DNA from: an uncultured Methanomicrobiaceae archaeon
GTDB lineage: Archaea; Halobacteriota; Methanomicrobia; Methanomicrobiales; Methanoculleaceae
DNA: 64,000 bases
Assembly (NCBI GenBank): GCA_963826525.1
Contig: CAWGXH010000003.1
Coordinates: forward strand, 1 to 64,000
Direction: 5' to 3'
The notes beneath the pieces are model-generated. The model had not been told where the DNA came from and made no database searches. It saw nothing but the letters and a program-made list of their open reading frames with translations. Both the position numbers and the translations under genes were made by a program. The number at the start of each line of letters is the position of its first letter. Positions within the stretch are counted from its first letter, which is position 1. Positions 61,044-64,000 of this stretch are shown here, in pieces.

Positions 61044-62266
61044 ATGTGCCCGATCGCGGATACGCCGCCCGATGACGTAGTGCCGTCTCTTCTCGGTGAT
61101 GACCGCCCGTCCCTCGAATCCGAGGGGGAGGTCCTCTAAAACGACGATGTTCATGTACTCCGGGCTCCTGCAGACGACCGATCCGGCGGCCTTCCTCTCG
61201 GTCACCACGATCGGCGTCTCCGTCCCGAGCCGGCGGGAGTGGTAGTCGTCGTAGATGCGGTCGGCCTCGGCGAGGAGCCGGCGTGACCGCTGCTTTCCTG
61301 ACGTAATCGGTGAGATCCTTCTCTCGGGCTGCAGGAGTCCCGGGCCGCCGCGAGTAGCGGGTGATATTCACCTTGGCGAACGCCGCCTCCCGGAGGAGGT
61401 CGAGTGATTGCTGGAAGTCGGCGTCGGTCTCGCCGGGGAACCCGGCGATGAAATCGGATGAGATGATCATATCCGGATACCGCTCCCGGAATCTCCGGAC
61501 GATGGCGAGGACGTCGGCGGCACGGTATCCGCGCTGCATCCGTCCGAGGACGGTATCCGAGCCTGACTGGACGGGCAGGTGGAGAAACCGGAAGATCTTC
61601 TCACCGGCGTAGGCCTCGGCAAGATCGTCGAGGATCGGAAAGACGGTTGCCGGGTTCATCATGCCGAGGCGGAGGCGGTAGCGCCCCGGCACCGTCACGA
61701 TCTCTCTGAGCAGGTCAGGGAGCCGCTCTCCACGGTCGATCCCCCATGCGGAGACGTCCTGGCCGGTGAGCTGGATCTCCTTCGCTCCGTCTGCCACGAG
61801 CCTTCCGACGGCATCGAGGACTGCGTCGATGGGCTCGCTTGCGATGGCTCCGCGTGCGCGGCGCGTGATGCAGTAACTGCAGCTCCCGACGCAGCCCGAG
61901 GCGATCTGGACGACGCCGACCGCTCCTTCTGCCAGAGTGCCGGCACTGCCGTATCGCTCCCGTATGCTATCCGGGTGGATGATCCGGGGCGTGCAGACCG
62001 GGAGAATCGCATCCATCCGGGCGAGCGGCATGCACCCGGTAAGGTAGAGTTCCTTATCGGCGAAGATGCGCATCCGGCGGATCATGTGCCGCTCGGTTGC
62101 GCCGATGACGATGCAGGTGTTGATGACGACGGCCTCGCGCCTCCTCCGCGCCGACACGGGTGCACCCCTGCGCCTCCAGGATCGCGATCAGTTTCTGCGT
62201 ATCCGCGTGGTTGTAGGTGCAGCCGTACGACTCGATATAGACCTTCTTTCCTATCAGACGCTCCAT
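61039..62266 (-). CDS. MiaB-like tRNA methylthiotransferase (archaeal MtaB/CDKAL1 type), frameshifts near 62140 and 61290; 3' end uncertain
   Basis: ESYGCTYN, INTC, radical SAM CVGSCSYC, HLPVQSGS, GFPGET, YSRRPGT, TRAM domain. Confidence 0.9.
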
Positions 62267-62441
62267 GGTTCATTCCAAAATCTTTGATTATGCCTGTGGT
62301 CAGTCGAAATAGAGTCCCTTATCTGCCGGAAGGGTATCTGCGACACATTCCGCCTCACCCCGCCCGTTCGGGGCGGATAGAACGCGCGGGGAGTTCGTGG
62401 AGCACAATGCTTAACCGCTGATATTACTATCTCTTTATTCG

Positions 62442-63200
62442 ATGATTAACGTGGGGTTGCTCGGATGCGGCAACGTCGGACACATTCTTGCACGACACGC
62501 GGAGAACTTCCGGATCGTTGCTGTCTTTGACATAATCCCCGACCGGGCGCAGGAGCTTGCGGCGCTCAGTCACGCGGAGCCCTATGCAGATTTTGATGAG
62601 TTCCTGCGCCAGGATACCGATATCATCGTCGAAGCGGCGTCGATCGTCGCCGTCAGGCGGTACGGCGAGGCGATCCTCGGGGCAGGAAAAGACCTCGTCG
62701 TCTTGAGCGGAGGCGCCCTTGCGGACGATGAGTTTCGCACCCGGCTTATCGAGGCCGCACGCAGCGCCGGTCGGAAGATTCGCGTGCCGAGCGGTGCCGT
62801 CACGGGCCTCGACAACCTGAAGATCGGGCAGATATCCCCCCTGCAGCATCTTCTTCTCCGGACGACAAAGTCTCCCGGATCGCTTGGGATATCGACTCCC
62901 GAACGAATGGAGATCTTTAAGGGGATGGCACACGAGTGTATAAAGCAATACCCGAAGAATATCAACGTCGCAGTAGCGCTGGGCCTTGCAGCCGGGAGGG
63001 AGGCCGACGTCGAGCTCTTCGTCGATCCCGATGTAGAGCGGAACGTCCATGAGATCTTTGCGGAAGGGGAGTTCGGGGACATCTATATCCGGGTGCGGAA
63101 CGTCCCGAGCCCCGAGAACCCCTCGACAAGTTATATGGCCGCCCTCTCGATCCTGACGCTGCTCAAGAACCTTGACAATCCTCTGGTGGTGGGGACATAG
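62442..63200 (+). CDS. nadX: L-aspartate dehydrogenase
   Basis: GCGNVG, VEAAS, SGGALAD, PSGAVTGLD, YPKNINVA, NVHEI, NPSTSYMAALS. Confidence 0.93.
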   Translation: MINVGLLGCGNVGHILARHAENFRIVAVFDIIPDRAQELAALSHAEPYADFDEFLRQDTDIIVEAASIVAVRRYGEAILGAGKDLVVLSGGALADDEFRTRLIEAARSAGRKIRVPSGAVTGLDNLKIGQISPLQHLLLRTTKSPGSLGISTPERMEIFKGMAHECIKQYPKNINVAVALGLAAGREADVELFVDPDVERNVHEIFAEGEFGDIYIRVRNVPSPENPSTSYMAALSILTLLKNLDNPLVVGT

Positions 63201-63202
63201 CA

Positions 63203-64000
63203 ATGGAAATGGAGATTTCGGCACTTACATCTGAGAAAAATGCAGTTATTCTGGCACATAACTATCAACCGGCGGCGGTCCGGGCAGTCGCCGACGCGGT
63301 GGGCGACAGCCTCGAGCTCGCGCTCCTCGCGCGTGACACCACGGCCGATCTCATCGTCGTCTGCGGTGTCCTCTTCATGGCCGAGACGGCAAAGATCGTG
63401 AACCCCGACCGGAAGGTGATCATCCCTGCGAGGGATGTGGGCTGCCCGCTTGCAGACTTCCTCACCCCCGGGCTGATCGCGAAGGCACGGGAAGAACACC
63501 CGGATGCCGCCGTCGCCGTCTACATCAACAGCACCGCCGGGTGCAAAGCGCTCGCCGATATCACCTGCACCTCCGCGAATGCCGTCCGGGTTGTCCGGTC
63601 GCTTGCGGAGGAAGAGGTGATCTTCGGCCCCGACGCAAATCTTGCCGCTTACGTGCAGCGGCAGGTTCCGGAGAAAAAGATAATCCCCACCCCTCCCGGC
63701 GGGCACTGCTACGTCCACACCGGATTTTCCCTCGCCGACGTCGAGACGGCCAGAGCCCGGGGCTGCACCATCGTCTGCCACCCCGAATGCCGGCCGGAGA
63801 TCCAGGAGCAGGCCGATATCATCGCCTCGACGGGAGGCATGGTCCGCGGAGGCGCCACGGCGGACCGCTGGTCGGTCTTTACGGAGAGGGATATGGTCTC
63901 GCGCCTCCGCTTCCTGTATCCGGAGAGGACGTTTTATGAGAAGGCGGATGCCGTCTGTGAGGATATGAAGAAGATCACGTTGGCCGGACTGCTCCGCTCC
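63203..64000 (+). CDS. nadA: Quinolinate synthase (runs off window edge)
   Basis: Manual translation: ILAHNYQ, GDSLELA, CGVLFMAETAKI, GCPLAD, YINS, CTSANA, PDANLA, HCYVH, HPEC; directly downstream of nadX. Confidence 0.93.
   Translation, partial: MEMEISALTSEKNAVILAHNYQPAAVRAVADAVGDSLELALLARDTTADLIVVCGVLFMAETAKIVNPDRKVIIPARDVGCPLADFLTPGLIAKAREEHPDAAVAVYINSTAGCKALADITCTSANAVRVVRSLAEEEVIFGPDANLAAYVQRQVPEKKIIPTPPGGHCYVHTGFSLADVETARARGCTIVCHPECRPEIQEQADIIASTGGMVRGGATADRWSVFTERDMVSRLRFLYPERTFYEKADAVCEDMKKITLAGLLRS

Noticed and set aside
60558-61208. TRAM domain of MtaB in frame with the DtxR regulator
   Set aside because: The junction contains a TATA-like box and an operator for the regulator, and a one-base shift gives TAG at 61039; likely indel or incidental stop loss.

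Overview
GC-rich archaeal chromosome segment, most consistent with a Methanomicrobiales methanogen (Methanoculleus-like; inferred from archaeal ThrRS, GGGP synthase, DUF2115, IorAB, NadX and the PolB type). About 1.3-12.6 kb is an accessory island around tRNA-Gln(TTG). It holds roughly 8 intact or decayed toxin-antitoxin modules, two archaeal ATPase genes or remnants, a divergent pair of RHH paralogs, a complete IS5-family element and a repeated intergenic element. The rest is mostly housekeeping: thrS, dcd, trmJ, GGGPS, topA, gatCAB, purB, corA, mscS, xpd, ogt, panE, mobA, pyrDK, mdh, polB, iorAB, tRNA-Ile, a metal ABC transporter with DtxR-family regulator, mtaB, nadX and nadA. The most striking locus is a tightly coupled minus-strand operon at 26075-34100: bacterial-type acsB-acsD-acsC-RACo-mesB-cooC, with no CO dehydrogenase and no AcsE. 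I infer it is an acetyl-CoA-to-methionine methyl shunt. Many genes, including essential ones, carry single-base frameshifts, mostly +1 insertions. These look like sequencing error, so pseudogene and fusion calls need caution. All family assignments come from motif recognition by eye; no database searches were run.
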